From positions 1-44,880 of the IMG/VR virus record IMGVR_UViG_3300046789_000068: a DNA stretch of 44,880 bases. One strand, given 5' to 3'. Both the position numbers and the translations under genes were made by a program. Of this stretch, positions 9,341-19,108 are shown in pieces; the stretch's first letter is position 1, and each line of letters opens with the position of its first letter. Source of the stretch: a virus. Taxonomy: Duplodnaviria; Caudoviricetes. The notes under the pieces are model-generated. The model searched no databases. It was not told the DNA's origin and saw nothing but the letters and a program-made list of their open reading frames with translations.

Positions 9341-10804
9341 ATGCAACCTAGAACCCTGATCACGATTCAATCGAACGCGCTTGGCATTTTGCCGCCGCAA
9401 TTCGGATCCTTGGTGGCTATGGCCGGGGTGTGCTCCGGTGGGACGATCAACGTTCCGCAATCGTTTGGCACCGTGAAAAGCTTGCGGGACACGCTGATCG
9501 ACGGGCCGTTAGTGGAAGCGGCCGCGCACGCGATCGAACGCTACGGGAACCCGGTTCTATGCGTGCCGGTTGCGTCGTCTACACCGGCCGCTGTGGGGTC
9601 GATTGTCAAAACCGGGACCGGAACGTCTATCGTCACCGCGGACCCCGCCAGCGCGGCCGTAGACGATTTCGAAGTGTTCGCGGCATTCGACGGTGGGCCC
9701 ACGGGGACCGGCACGGTGGGTACCGCCGGGATCACTTTGAGGTGGAGCTTGGACGGCGGCCGGAACATGTCTGCGCCCACGGCATTGGGGATCGCTACGT
9801 CATTCGAGATCCCCGGTTCCGGTGTCACGTTGGCATTTGCCGCCGGGACGTTAGTCACCGGGGACACGGTGTCCACCACCACCACCGCGGCCAAGTGGGA
9901 TATGACCACCCTGACCCCGGCACTTGCCGCGTTAGGCGCGAGCACGGTCCCTTGGGACATCCTAGCGTTAGTGGGCGCGATTCTTCCCACGATCGCCACT
10001 GCGTTAGATTCCGCCTTTGAAGGGATCGCGGCGCGCGGGAAGTTTCGAATGTGGGCCGCGTCCGTAGCGGTGCCGGACGTGGGCCAATCGGACGGCGCCT
10101 ATCAAACGGCACTGGCCGCCGCATGGGGATCGATCGCGGTGAACTACGGATCGATCTCCGCCGGTGCGTGCCTAGTGCCCAGCGCGGTGTCCGGACGGAC
10201 TTACTTGCGGCCGTTTGCGTGGGTGTTCGTGCCGTATCTCGCGCGCTTGTCGGAGGAGCTGGACGCGGCCGCGCTGCGCAACGGGCCGCTTCCATGCACG
10301 ATCTACGATGAAAACGGGAACCTACTTCCGCGGTGCCATGACGAGTCCATCACCCCGGGCTTGGACGATCAGCGCTTCACCGTGGCGCGTTCGTGGAACG
10401 CCTATCAGGGAACGTACGTGAACAATCCGCGGATCTTTTCCGCGAACGGATCGGACTTCAAATACTGCCAACACCGCCGGATCATGAATATCGGCGCGGC
10501 GGTCTTGCAACAATACTTCGATTTCCGCTTGTCCGTGGGCGTGGCCACTGACACCAAGACCGGCAAGATCTTGGAGGAAGACGCCAAGGAAATGGAAACC
10601 GGCGCGGTGAATGCGCTGGCCGCCGCGCTGATGGCCAAGCCGAAAGCTAGCGGTGTGGCTTGCGTAGTGTCACGCGCGGACAACTTGATCCAAACCGAAA
10701 CCTTACACGTGACGGGCCGGATCCAACCGTTCGGTTATCCCAAGGCAATCGACATCGATCTCGCGTTCCAAGTGGCGATCGCGGCCACCACCACGGCCGC
10801 CTAA
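9341..10804 (+). CDS. contractile tail sheath protein (DUF2586-like)
   Basis: 487 aa; C-terminal SDFKYCQHRRIMN and IQPFGYPKAI typical of sheath proteins. Confidence 0.85.
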   Translation: MQPRTLITIQSNALGILPPQFGSLVAMAGVCSGGTINVPQSFGTVKSLRDTLIDGPLVEAAAHAIERYGNPVLCVPVASSTPAAVGSIVKTGTGTSIVTADPASAAVDDFEVFAAFDGGPTGTGTVGTAGITLRWSLDGGRNMSAPTALGIATSFEIPGSGVTLAFAAGTLVTGDTVSTTTTAAKWDMTTLTPALAALGASTVPWDILALVGAILPTIATALDSAFEGIAARGKFRMWAASVAVPDVGQSDGAYQTALAAAWGSIAVNYGSISAGACLVPSAVSGRTYLRPFAWVFVPYLARLSEELDAAALRNGPLPCTIYDENGNLLPRCHDESITPGLDDQRFTVARSWNAYQGTYVNNPRIFSANGSDFKYCQHRRIMNIGAAVLQQYFDFRLSVGVATDTKTGKILEEDAKEMETGAVNALAAALMAKPKASGVACVVSRADNLIQTETLHVTGRIQPFGYPKAIDIDLAFQVAIAATTTAA

Positions 10805-10822
10805 CAGGAGCTCCACACCATC

Positions 10823-11314
10823 ATGGCGGACGTACAAAGAATCAACGGCAATGCCTATTCATGGTCCAGCATTGTGATCAAGCTGGACGGCCAACGCTTT
10901 TTCGGGATCACAAGCATAACGTTCAATGACAAATTGGAAGTTGGCTACGGGTACGGCCAAGGACGCCACTTCGCGCCTTTGTCCCGCACCGGCGGCAAGT
11001 ATTCGTGTGATGAATCCAAGATCGTCATGCGGACTAGTTCGTTTGCGGACTTCCAAGAATATCTCAAGACGCGCTCCCCGGACGGAATCTCGATCGGCTT
11101 TCCGGAGTGGACGGTGGACTCACAATGGGTCGAACCCAATCAGTTGGCTTTGAGCCCCATGCAAGCGGTTTTGAGTCGGTGTCGACTCACCGGAGTTAAT
11201 CAGTCACAAGAGCAATCCACGGACGAAACCACCGTGGAGCTGGCCGTTTCGGTGATGTACATCGTACGCAACGGGGCCACTTTGTTCGATGCTAGCCGCG
11301 GGTTCCCGGGTTAG
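10823..11314 (+). CDS. tail tube protein
   Basis: INGNAYSWSSI start and RTGGKY motif; follows the sheath gene. Confidence 0.8.
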   Translation: MADVQRINGNAYSWSSIVIKLDGQRFFGITSITFNDKLEVGYGYGQGRHFAPLSRTGGKYSCDESKIVMRTSSFADFQEYLKTRSPDGISIGFPEWTVDSQWVEPNQLALSPMQAVLSRCRLTGVNQSQEQSTDETTVELAVSVMYIVRNGATLFDASRGFPG

Positions 11315-11368
11315 CGCCAAGCGTCACATGTCACGCGTTACTATCTAATAACCTGACAAGGGGGAAAC

Positions 11369-11809
11369 GTGCCGGATCTGGATCTAACCGACGAACAAAT
11401 CGAGCAACGTGTGGCGGAGCTGGCTTCCGCGCGCGCCGTGCGCACGCGGGAGCTCACCGCCAAGACACGGCGCGGCGAAGCGCTCCGGAAGCTTGCGCTG
11501 GCCGAAGCGCTGGAAAAGGCCGAAGCCGATCACGGGCCGGTGGGGACACACTTGCTCGTCCTTGACACCGAAACCGAACACGGATCGGTGATCATGAAGC
11601 GGCCCAACAAAGCGCGCTACCGCGCTTTTATGGAAAAGAAAAACACCAAGACGGAGGACATCGAATCGATCGTGCGATCGTGCATTGTCTATCCGGACGC
11701 GGACCACGTGGATCGCTTGCTCGAAGATCTCCCCGGAGCGCTGGTTCGTTTCGGTTCAGCCATGGCCACCTTGGCCGGCTTCCGGAATGATGAGCTCACC
11801 TCAAAATAA
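11369..11809 (+). CDS. tail assembly chaperone
   Basis: Between tube and tape measure genes; ends TCA AAA TAA. Confidence 0.75.
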   Translation: MPDLDLTDEQIEQRVAELASARAVRTRELTAKTRRGEALRKLALAEALEKAEADHGPVGTHLLVLDTETEHGSVIMKRPNKARYRAFMEKKNTKTEDIESIVRSCIVYPDADHVDRLLEDLPGALVRFGSAMATLAGFRNDELTSK

Positions 11810-11985
11810 ATGCGCTGTTAGGAATCACCCGGCGGGATAATACCGGTCTGCTGGCCGAGTGCATTCTAACAGCGTTCGGACGTGACTATGAAGACATAGA
11901 CCGGGACGCCAAGGCTTACACCGGCGCGGTGTGGGTCGCGGCATTCATTCAGGTTCTGATCAAAGCCCACACGGAAAAGCACTGA
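11806..11985 (+). CDS. -1 frameshift extension of the tail assembly chaperone
   Basis: The -1 frame is open from the CAAAA run for 59 codons (INALLGITRRD...TEKH*), has no own start, and fills the gap to the tape measure gene. Confidence 0.65.
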   Translation: MNALLGITRRDNTGLLAECILTAFGRDYEDIDRDAKAYTGAVWVAAFIQVLIKAHTEKH

Positions 11986-12000
11986 GCCACGCGGGACGCC

Positions 12001-14058
12001 ATGGCAGATAAAGACGTCACACTAGGGATCCAAGCGGACACGTCCGGACTCAAAGCCGGGGCGGAGTCCGGGGCCCAAGCCTTGGCGAAGTTGGAAGAAT
12101 CGATCAAGGGGGACACGCAAGCACTTGCACAAATGCAAAAGGCTTTGCGGGAGCTCAAAGGATCGGCCAACGCGAACACCGAACAGATCGGCAAGCTGCA
12201 CTCACAGATCGCGGCCAAGAAAGAAGCGATCGCGACAGCCCGCGGCGAGTACCTAGCACTAGGCGGAACGTTCGAAAGAAGCCGCCGCGGCGGGAAAGCT
12301 TTTGGAGCTCAACTGGCCGAGCTCAACAAAATCACGCAAGGCATACCGGGCCCACTCGGATCCGCGGTGTCGGCGTTCAGCCGCTTGATCTCCACCATTG
12401 CAAACAATCCGATCAAGACCGCCTTGGTGGGGATCGCGGCCGCGATGATCGCGGTCCAGCTCAAACTGGTTAGCCTAACGCTGGCACTTACGCGGTACGC
12501 GGTGGCGCAAGCGGATGCGCGCCGGTCCGAGCTCCTACGCTTGGAAGGGCTCACCAAGGTCCGGAACTACTATGGTGTGGCCGCGGGGTCCGCCCAAGAT
12601 CTCCAAGACTCGATTGATAAAGTGTCCGCTTCATCCGCGCTATCGCGGGAGCAAATTGCGGGGCTTGCCACGCAGCTCTATAAAGCCCACTTCCGCGGGG
12701 AAGCGCTCACGGATGCGTTGGACGCGGCCGCGATCAAAACGTCCACGCAAGGTCAAGAGCAAGCCAGCATGTGGATCGGCTACGCGGAAGCGATCAACCG
12801 GACCGGCGGGAACGTAAAGGGCTTCGCGCAAAACGTCCGGAACCAACTTGGTGGCATCGCCCAAAAGCAAATGCTGTCCTTGGATGTTCAAGCCCGGAAG
12901 CTGGAAGAATCCTATTCAGCGCTCACCACCGGGATCCGGATCGAACCCTTGCTCAAAGCGAAGGCCGGATTCAACGCGCTATTCGCGCAGTCCACCGCGT
13001 CCGGCCGTGCATTGAAGGCTTTGTTAGGGACGATCGTTCAGCCGATCATCAATCAGATCACACGTGTGATCCCGGTTGCGAAGCGGTTTTTCCAAGGGAT
13101 GATCTTGGCCGCCTTGGAGTTTGGGACCGCGGTGTTAGAAGTGGCCGCGTCATTCGGAGTCACGTTTGGCGATGATGTCCCGGACGCGCTGGACGATTCG
13201 ACCGCCGCGATCAACACGGGCAAGGCGGCGTTTGATCTCCTGGTAGGGACCCTGACATCACTGTCATTTGTAACCGGCTTGGTAGTCCTAAAACAATCGA
13301 TCTTGGCCATTATCGCGATCCCCGCCACGATCCGCGCGTTCGGCCGTATGCTGGTTTCGATCTACTCACAGATCGTCGCGTGGGGTGCGTGGGCACTCGA
13401 ATGGCTCGTGATCATCGGATACATGACGATCGTCAAAGGCATGCAGCTCGGATCGTTTTTCGCGACGCTTTTGACCGCGGTGGCGAAGCAAGTGATCAAG
13501 TGGGGTGCGTGGGCGTTGGAGATCTTGCTCACGATTTCACCGCTATTACTGCTCATGGCCGCACTGTGGGGAGTCTATAAGATCTTTGAACTGTTCTATG
13601 TGATATGGCGCGAGATCGATTGGAAAGACTTGGGCCGGATGATGTGGGAGGGACTCACATCGTGGTTCGTGAACGTGGGCGAGTTTTTCAAGAACATCGG
13701 CGGCAAGATCGTCAAAGCCTTTCGAACTGCGTTCGATTCGCATTCACCGTCCCGCGTGTTCATGGGGATCGGTGAGGATATTGGCGAAGGCTTACAGCAA
13801 GGGATCGACGCCACCGCGCCGGACGTGAATCAATCCGTGGCCCATATGGTGGAAGCGGCGGACGGCGCGGCCGGGCCCGGGGCCGCCGGTGGGAGCTCCA
13901 CCGCCGCGCCGGCCGGCGGGACGGTGGTGATCCAAGCGATCAACTTGCAAGGCTACTCAGACCCCGCCCAAGCCGCGAATGACTTTGTGACAGAACTGGC
14001 CAAGACACTCCGCACGGTGGGTTATCAGCTTGGAACGGTGGGAGGCGCGACCCCGTGA
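12001..14058 (+). CDS. tape measure protein
   Basis: Ala-rich helical protein with hydrophobic segments; FDSHSPSRVF motif near the C-terminus. Confidence 0.88.
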   Translation: MADKDVTLGIQADTSGLKAGAESGAQALAKLEESIKGDTQALAQMQKALRELKGSANANTEQIGKLHSQIAAKKEAIATARGEYLALGGTFERSRRGGKAFGAQLAELNKITQGIPGPLGSAVSAFSRLISTIANNPIKTALVGIAAAMIAVQLKLVSLTLALTRYAVAQADARRSELLRLEGLTKVRNYYGVAAGSAQDLQDSIDKVSASSALSREQIAGLATQLYKAHFRGEALTDALDAAAIKTSTQGQEQASMWIGYAEAINRTGGNVKGFAQNVRNQLGGIAQKQMLSLDVQARKLEESYSALTTGIRIEPLLKAKAGFNALFAQSTASGRALKALLGTIVQPIINQITRVIPVAKRFFQGMILAALEFGTAVLEVAASFGVTFGDDVPDALDDSTAAINTGKAAFDLLVGTLTSLSFVTGLVVLKQSILAIIAIPATIRAFGRMLVSIYSQIVAWGAWALEWLVIIGYMTIVKGMQLGSFFATLLTAVAKQVIKWGAWALEILLTISPLLLLMAALWGVYKIFELFYVIWREIDWKDLGRMMWEGLTSWFVNVGEFFKNIGGKIVKAFRTAFDSHSPSRVFMGIGEDIGEGLQQGIDATAPDVNQSVAHMVEAADGAAGPGAAGGSSTAAPAGGTVVIQAINLQGYSDPAQAANDFVTELAKTLRTVGYQLGTVGGATP

Positions 14059-14612
14059 CGTGGTCCCCACTCACCGATCCCGAAGACAAGATCCAGTTAG
14101 CCAAGAGACTAACACCGGGGATCTGTGACATTGAGGGTTTGGGTTCCCCATTTGAATGGGAGGAACGCGGCGGCTATGGCTTGTCCGGGGCCACCGTAGT
14201 CTTCAAGGGAAAGAAGCTAGCCCACTTCACGATCAAGTTTCGACTCTACACGGTGAATGATTGGGCGGACTGGTATGCGTTCAAGCCGTTTATTTCGCGG
14301 CTTCCGATTGGCAAGAACGCCAAGGGCTTGGACATCAAATCGAAGCTGACAGAAATGTTAGGTGTCAAGTCCGTTGTCATAGAAGAAATCGTAGCACCCA
14401 CGCAAACCGGGGACGGTGAGTGGACGGTGGAGCTCAAAGTGATCGAGTATCGATCGCCCACCTTCGCACTAAGCAAGGCGGAAGGATCCGAAGCCACACC
14501 GGAAGATCCCGTCAACGCGCAAGTGCAAGCCGCGCTGATCCTGTTTCTAAATAAGGTGGAAGCCATGTCCAAACCTAACAACGGCCGCAAGCCTAAACGC
14601 GGGGGAGCGTAG
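14055..14612 (+). CDS. tail/baseplate initiator-like protein
   Basis: Synteny after tape measure; GTGA coupling. Confidence 0.55.
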   Translation: MTWSPLTDPEDKIQLAKRLTPGICDIEGLGSPFEWEERGGYGLSGATVVFKGKKLAHFTIKFRLYTVNDWADWYAFKPFISRLPIGKNAKGLDIKSKLTEMLGVKSVVIEEIVAPTQTGDGEWTVELKVIEYRSPTFALSKAEGSEATPEDPVNAQVQAALILFLNKVEAMSKPNNGRKPKRGGA

Positions 14613-14614
14613 CC

Positions 14615-15859
14615 ATGGCCGATCGCGCTTTTGCACGCGTGGGGAATGCTCTGATCGAAACGCTCCGAATCACGATCCCGAACACCGGGCCGTGGACGGC
14701 GGAAGTGGAGTTTATTGAAGCTCCGGAGCTCACCGGCCAGATCGTGATCCAGCTCGGATCCGAGTCCATCACCGGGACGATCATCCCCACCGAAGACGGG
14801 ACGTTTGGACTCAAACGCCAATGCATGGTGGTGGCCGGGGCCGGCGCGTGGGGGACCGTGCTCCCGGCGAAACACTATCACAATGACGCGGGAGTCAAGG
14901 CGCAGCTAGCGGCGGCGGACGCGGCCCGTGAAGCCGGGGAAACGCTGGGTGACTTTGTCCCCGCATCCGAGCGGCTCACCGTGGACTACGTCCGGCCCGA
15001 ATCCCCGGCGGCTGTAGCGCTCCAAGTGGCCACCGGCGGCAACCCGTGGTGGGTCGACTACGCGGGGATCACCCACGTGGGCCCGCGGCCGAGCTCCGCC
15101 GTGGACTCCGGCGCGTATGAAGTCCTAGCGTTCAATCCGCACACGCGGCGGGGAACGCTGGCCGTGGATACGCTTTCCGCCGTCACCATCGGATCGATCA
15201 TCACGGCGCGCTTGGACGCGCCGCAAACGATCCGGGAGCTTGTGATCACGGTGGACGGCGAAGGCTTGCGCGCGCGCTTTTGGAGCGGTGCCACGGCCGA
15301 TCCGCGCTTTTCCGAGCTGGCCCAAGTCCTAGTGGACATCATCGATTCACAGCTCGCGCGGCGGCTTTACGGCCGGTACCAATACCGCGTGGTCCAGATG
15401 CGCGCGGACGGCCGCGTGGACGTCCAAGCGGTCCGCAAGCTGGCCGGGCTTCCGGACGCGCAAACGATCCGGATGTTCCCCGGAGCTCCCGGGGTGTATC
15501 CGGAGCTCGCTCCCGGCGGGATCGTGCTTTTGGAGTTTCTGGAAGGGGACCCCACGCAACCCGTGATCTCCGGCTTCATCGGCCGGGATGGTTCCGGATG
15601 GATCCCGGAGCTGATCACGATCGGTGGCGCTACGGGCCCGCGCGCGGCCCGCGTGGGCGATGAAGTGAAGTCCGGCGGGGTCGGTACAGTAGTGACGTTT
15701 ATGCCGGCGGTTCCAGGTGGGACAGGGCCCATGACACCGGGGACCCCCTACCTCGTTTCGTTCAATTCCACGGCACCCACCCCGCTACTTGCCGCCAAGC
15801 TCACCGGCGCGATCACCAAGGGATCGGACCTAGTCCAGATCGCAGGGGACTCGACATGA
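14615..15859 (+). CDS. baseplate hub plus spike (fused)
   Basis: C-terminal VLLEFLEGDPTQPVI (gpV OB-type) and AARVGD (spike tip-like) motifs. Confidence 0.7.
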   Translation: MADRAFARVGNALIETLRITIPNTGPWTAEVEFIEAPELTGQIVIQLGSESITGTIIPTEDGTFGLKRQCMVVAGAGAWGTVLPAKHYHNDAGVKAQLAAADAAREAGETLGDFVPASERLTVDYVRPESPAAVALQVATGGNPWWVDYAGITHVGPRPSSAVDSGAYEVLAFNPHTRRGTLAVDTLSAVTIGSIITARLDAPQTIRELVITVDGEGLRARFWSGATADPRFSELAQVLVDIIDSQLARRLYGRYQYRVVQMRADGRVDVQAVRKLAGLPDAQTIRMFPGAPGVYPELAPGGIVLLEFLEGDPTQPVISGFIGRDGSGWIPELITIGGATGPRAARVGDEVKSGGVGTVVTFMPAVPGGTGPMTPGTPYLVSFNSTAPTPLLAAKLTGAITKGSDLVQIAGDST

Positions 15860-16329
15860 ACGCCACCTATTCCGCCGCGTTCGAAGCGCAAGTGGCCGAG
15901 CTCACGCGGATCGTGGACGTGCCCGCTTCCACTCCATTGGGCTACGGGGTGGATCTCGCATGCGTGGAAGATCTCACGCCCACCATGGACGAAGTGGATC
16001 CCTACACCACGCGCGCCATCGGGGAAGCGCAAGCGCGGCGTTTGATCACCGGCCGCGGCCAGCTCCCGGACGATCCGAACTACGGAACGGACGTCCGCGG
16101 GATGCTGAACCAAGGCTACACCCAAACCGAGCTAAACACGCTGGACACGGATATCCACAATGAACTGATCAAGGATGATCGGATCGTGGATTGTCAGGCT
16201 ACCGCCACGTTCACGAATCAAGAAACGCTCCGCGTGGCGGTGACGTCCACCCCGCAGGGCTTGGACGAAACCTTCGCGTTCACGTTCTACGTGACAGACG
16301 CAAGCGTTCTGATCGAACAGTTAGGCTGA
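15856..16329 (+). CDS. baseplate wedge protein (gp25/Mu gp46-like)
   Basis: PNYGTDV and ELIKDDRI motifs. Confidence 0.75.
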   Translation: MNATYSAAFEAQVAELTRIVDVPASTPLGYGVDLACVEDLTPTMDEVDPYTTRAIGEAQARRLITGRGQLPDDPNYGTDVRGMLNQGYTQTELNTLDTDIHNELIKDDRIVDCQATATFTNQETLRVAVTSTPQGLDETFAFTFYVTDASVLIEQLG

Positions 16330-16339
16330 ACGGTGCCGC

Positions 16340-17536
16340 ATGCCAACACCCACCATAGACTTTGACGAACTAGTCAAGCCGGTTACCGAGCAAGAAATCC
16401 AAAGCAGTATCTACACCGTGTTAGGCACGCTTGGCCTAAACACGTCCACGTGGAAAACCGGCGCGGTGGTGCGGACGATCACCACGGGTTTTTCGATCGT
16501 CCTATCGGCCTTTTCGTCGCTCCAAGCTTTGATCGCGAAGTCCGGATATCTGGAGCTAAGCGAAGGGGACTGGCTTACGGTGGTGGCGTTCTACGTCTAC
16601 GGAGTGGAGCGCTACTCAGCCACCTTCGCGTCCGGTTTCGTCACGCTCACCAATACGGCCGGCGGGGTCTACAGCTTCGATCCCGAAGATCTGATCTTTT
16701 CGGATCCGACCACGGGAAAGTCATTCCGCAACACCGGGGCCGTATCGATCCCCGCGGGGTCCACCGGCACGCCCACACACGTGACTAACGTTGCGATCCG
16801 CGCCGTGGAAGCGGGGTCGCCGTCCACTGCTATCCCCGGCGGGATTTCGGTGATGGTGACCACGGTGACCGGGGTTTCTGTGTCGAACCCGTCCCCGGTG
16901 GTGGGTCAAGACGCGGAGTCCGATGCCGCGGTCCGCGCGCGGAGCTCGGCCAAGCTTGGGTCCCTATCCCCCATGGGCCCGTGGGATGCCTACACCTACG
17001 CGGTTCGAAGCGCCACGCGGCCGGCGCCGGACGGATCGAACCTTGGGATCACGCGCACGCGGATCACGAAAGACGGCTTTGGGCACGTATGGGTGTACGT
17101 GGCCACGGCTAGCGGCGCGGTCCCACCGGAAGACGTAGCGATCGCGAATGACGCGGTCCAGCGCAATGCGGAACCCGTGTGCGTGGACGCGGTGGCGGAG
17201 TCCGCCGTCCCGGTGGAGATCGCGGTCACGTATACGCTTTGGATGTATAACACTTCGGGCCACACGGACGCGCAGATCAAGGCCACGATCGGAACCGATC
17301 TCACGGAGTGGTTCAAGATCCAACCGATCGGCGGAAACGTGATCGCGGGGAGTCCCGGGAAGATCTACGCGGACAAGATCCGCGCCGTGATCGGGGATTC
17401 GTTTGATGAGATCTTCCACGTGGAGCTCACGCTCCCGGCGGGGGATGTTCCCTTGGAGCTTTGGCAAGTGGCCACGCTTGGCCCTTTGAACGGCACGATC
17501 CACCAAGAGCCACCGCCGGAAGGTTTCGGGGTCTAA
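16340..17536 (+). CDS. baseplate J-like protein (Mu gp47)
   Basis: YGVER..ATFASG and GQDAESDAAVRAR motifs. Confidence 0.88.
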   Translation: MPTPTIDFDELVKPVTEQEIQSSIYTVLGTLGLNTSTWKTGAVVRTITTGFSIVLSAFSSLQALIAKSGYLELSEGDWLTVVAFYVYGVERYSATFASGFVTLTNTAGGVYSFDPEDLIFSDPTTGKSFRNTGAVSIPAGSTGTPTHVTNVAIRAVEAGSPSTAIPGGISVMVTTVTGVSVSNPSPVVGQDAESDAAVRARSSAKLGSLSPMGPWDAYTYAVRSATRPAPDGSNLGITRTRITKDGFGHVWVYVATASGAVPPEDVAIANDAVQRNAEPVCVDAVAESAVPVEIAVTYTLWMYNTSGHTDAQIKATIGTDLTEWFKIQPIGGNVIAGSPGKIYADKIRAVIGDSFDEIFHVELTLPAGDVPLELWQVATLGPLNGTIHQEPPPEGFGV

Positions 17537-17539
17537 CAC

Positions 17540-18229
17540 ATGGCGCCGTACATCGAACGCTTGCGAACGTTCCGCGATACCTTGGAGGGTATCGTCCCCG
17601 CGTGGCTCAAAGGGCCGATCGGGATCCGGTATCTATACGGGCACTCGGTGGTGTTAGATGCGCTCGGGGACGCTTTGATCTCCGGAGTCCAAACACGCTT
17701 CCCCGGTTACTACTCCGATCAATCGCTCCCCGTGATCGGCAAAGAACGGCGGATCCTTCGCGGGCTATTCGAGCCGAATGCGAACTATGCGGCCCGCTTG
17801 ATCACGTGGCTCACGGAGCACGCACGGCGCGGATCCGCGCGCGCCATGCTCACGCAAATGTATCTGCACTACTTCCCGAACAACTTCCCCATGGAGCTAG
17901 TTGCGCGAAACGGACTCATGTATTCCATGGACGTGGACGGAACGCTCACCCGTTCGCGCTTGGAGTGGTCCGCGGATGCAACACCGGATCGGTGGGCCCA
18001 GTGGTGGCTTTTCCTATATTCGGATCAGTGGGGGCCGAGTCCGAGCTCCGATCAGATTGCGGACATCACCGCGATCCCGTCTGCGTGGAACGCGGCCCAC
18101 GCGCAAGGGATCGTGGTGGTTATGCGGACCGGCGCGGAGTTTTGGGACTCACGCGCGCCGGTCACGTGGGACTCGGCCGGAGCATGGGACGCCCCCGTGG
18201 CCCCGATTTACCTTCCAATCCAAGCGTAA
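17540..18229 (+). CDS. baseplate protein I/Mu gp48-like
   Basis: Follows J; LPVIGKERRI.RG...E....YAARL pattern. Confidence 0.65.
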   Translation: MAPYIERLRTFRDTLEGIVPAWLKGPIGIRYLYGHSVVLDALGDALISGVQTRFPGYYSDQSLPVIGKERRILRGLFEPNANYAARLITWLTEHARRGSARAMLTQMYLHYFPNNFPMELVARNGLMYSMDVDGTLTRSRLEWSADATPDRWAQWWLFLYSDQWGPSPSSDQIADITAIPSAWNAAHAQGIVVVMRTGAEFWDSRAPVTWDSAGAWDAPVAPIYLPIQA

Positions 18230-18243
18230 AGGGTTAGATCACC

Positions 18244-19095
18244 GTGGCCCATTTTCTCACCGAAACAGCAACATTCACCCCGCAAATCCGCGTCCCGGAT
18301 GGCACCGATCCCGGTACAACGCGCGCGGCGGACGTGACTCTCACAGCGCAAGGGCTTGCCGATCGAACGCAAGCACTCAAGGTGGTCACCGATCAAGCCG
18401 CCGTCAAGAACGCGTCCAACACGTTCACTGCGCCTAACAGCTTCGCCGCGGTGAACGCGGCCAGCCTAGTCGTGAGCGGAACCACGACGCTAAACGGCAC
18501 CGTGAACGCGGCGGACGGCACGATCAATGTCACGGGGAACGTGGCGCTCACCGCGCAACTGTCCACGGCTAACGTCTTACTAACCGATGCGAACAGTGAG
18601 ATCGTGTTGAGTGCCGGAGTGATCCGCTACGTCAACATACCGCTATGTGACGGCTTGGCTCTGAGCTCAAACGCGGATTATGACGAAGTGTTTGATATGT
18701 GGCGCGTAACGGCCGCCACCGGCGCGCCCACGATCCGGTTTCAGGTTCGCGGCGTGCCGCGGGGTGCGACCGCGATCGGCGCGGAGGCGGTTTGGATCGG
18801 AGACTCCGGAACGCCTAACTCAGTAACGATCCGCTACAACCAGCAAGCCGCATGGGCCGCCGCTGCCGGAGCGCTGGTAGCTCCAACCCTTCCGACCACG
18901 CTTAGCACGCTCACGCAATCGAACGGCTTTTCCACCACGCAATGCACCAAGACCGTGGTGTTCATTCCGGACCTACTCACCATAGATAACTCACGCCAAG
19001 CGTTTTGGCTGGACGTGGAACTAGGAAATAGCATCAATAACCGGTTGCATGCCGTGCGGTTTCTATACTTAGATCCCGGGCCCCGGAACGGATAA
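18244..19095 (+). CDS. tail fibre/collar protein
   Basis: QGLADRTQALK fibre-anchor motif; NTFT repeat; synteny. Confidence 0.6.
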   Translation: MAHFLTETATFTPQIRVPDGTDPGTTRAADVTLTAQGLADRTQALKVVTDQAAVKNASNTFTAPNSFAAVNAASLVVSGTTTLNGTVNAADGTINVTGNVALTAQLSTANVLLTDANSEIVLSAGVIRYVNIPLCDGLALSSNADYDEVFDMWRVTAATGAPTIRFQVRGVPRGATAIGAEAVWIGDSGTPNSVTIRYNQQAAWAAAAGALVAPTLPTTLSTLTQSNGFSTTQCTKTVVFIPDLLTIDNSRQAFWLDVELGNSINNRLHAVRFLYLDPGPRNG

Positions 19096-19108
19096 GGCGG
19101 AGGTACAC

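Noticed and set aside
2879-18229. Transposable Mu-like phage
   Set aside because: Structural genes are Mu-like, but no DDE transposase or MuB ATPase is seen; an integrase and a primase-helicase are present instead
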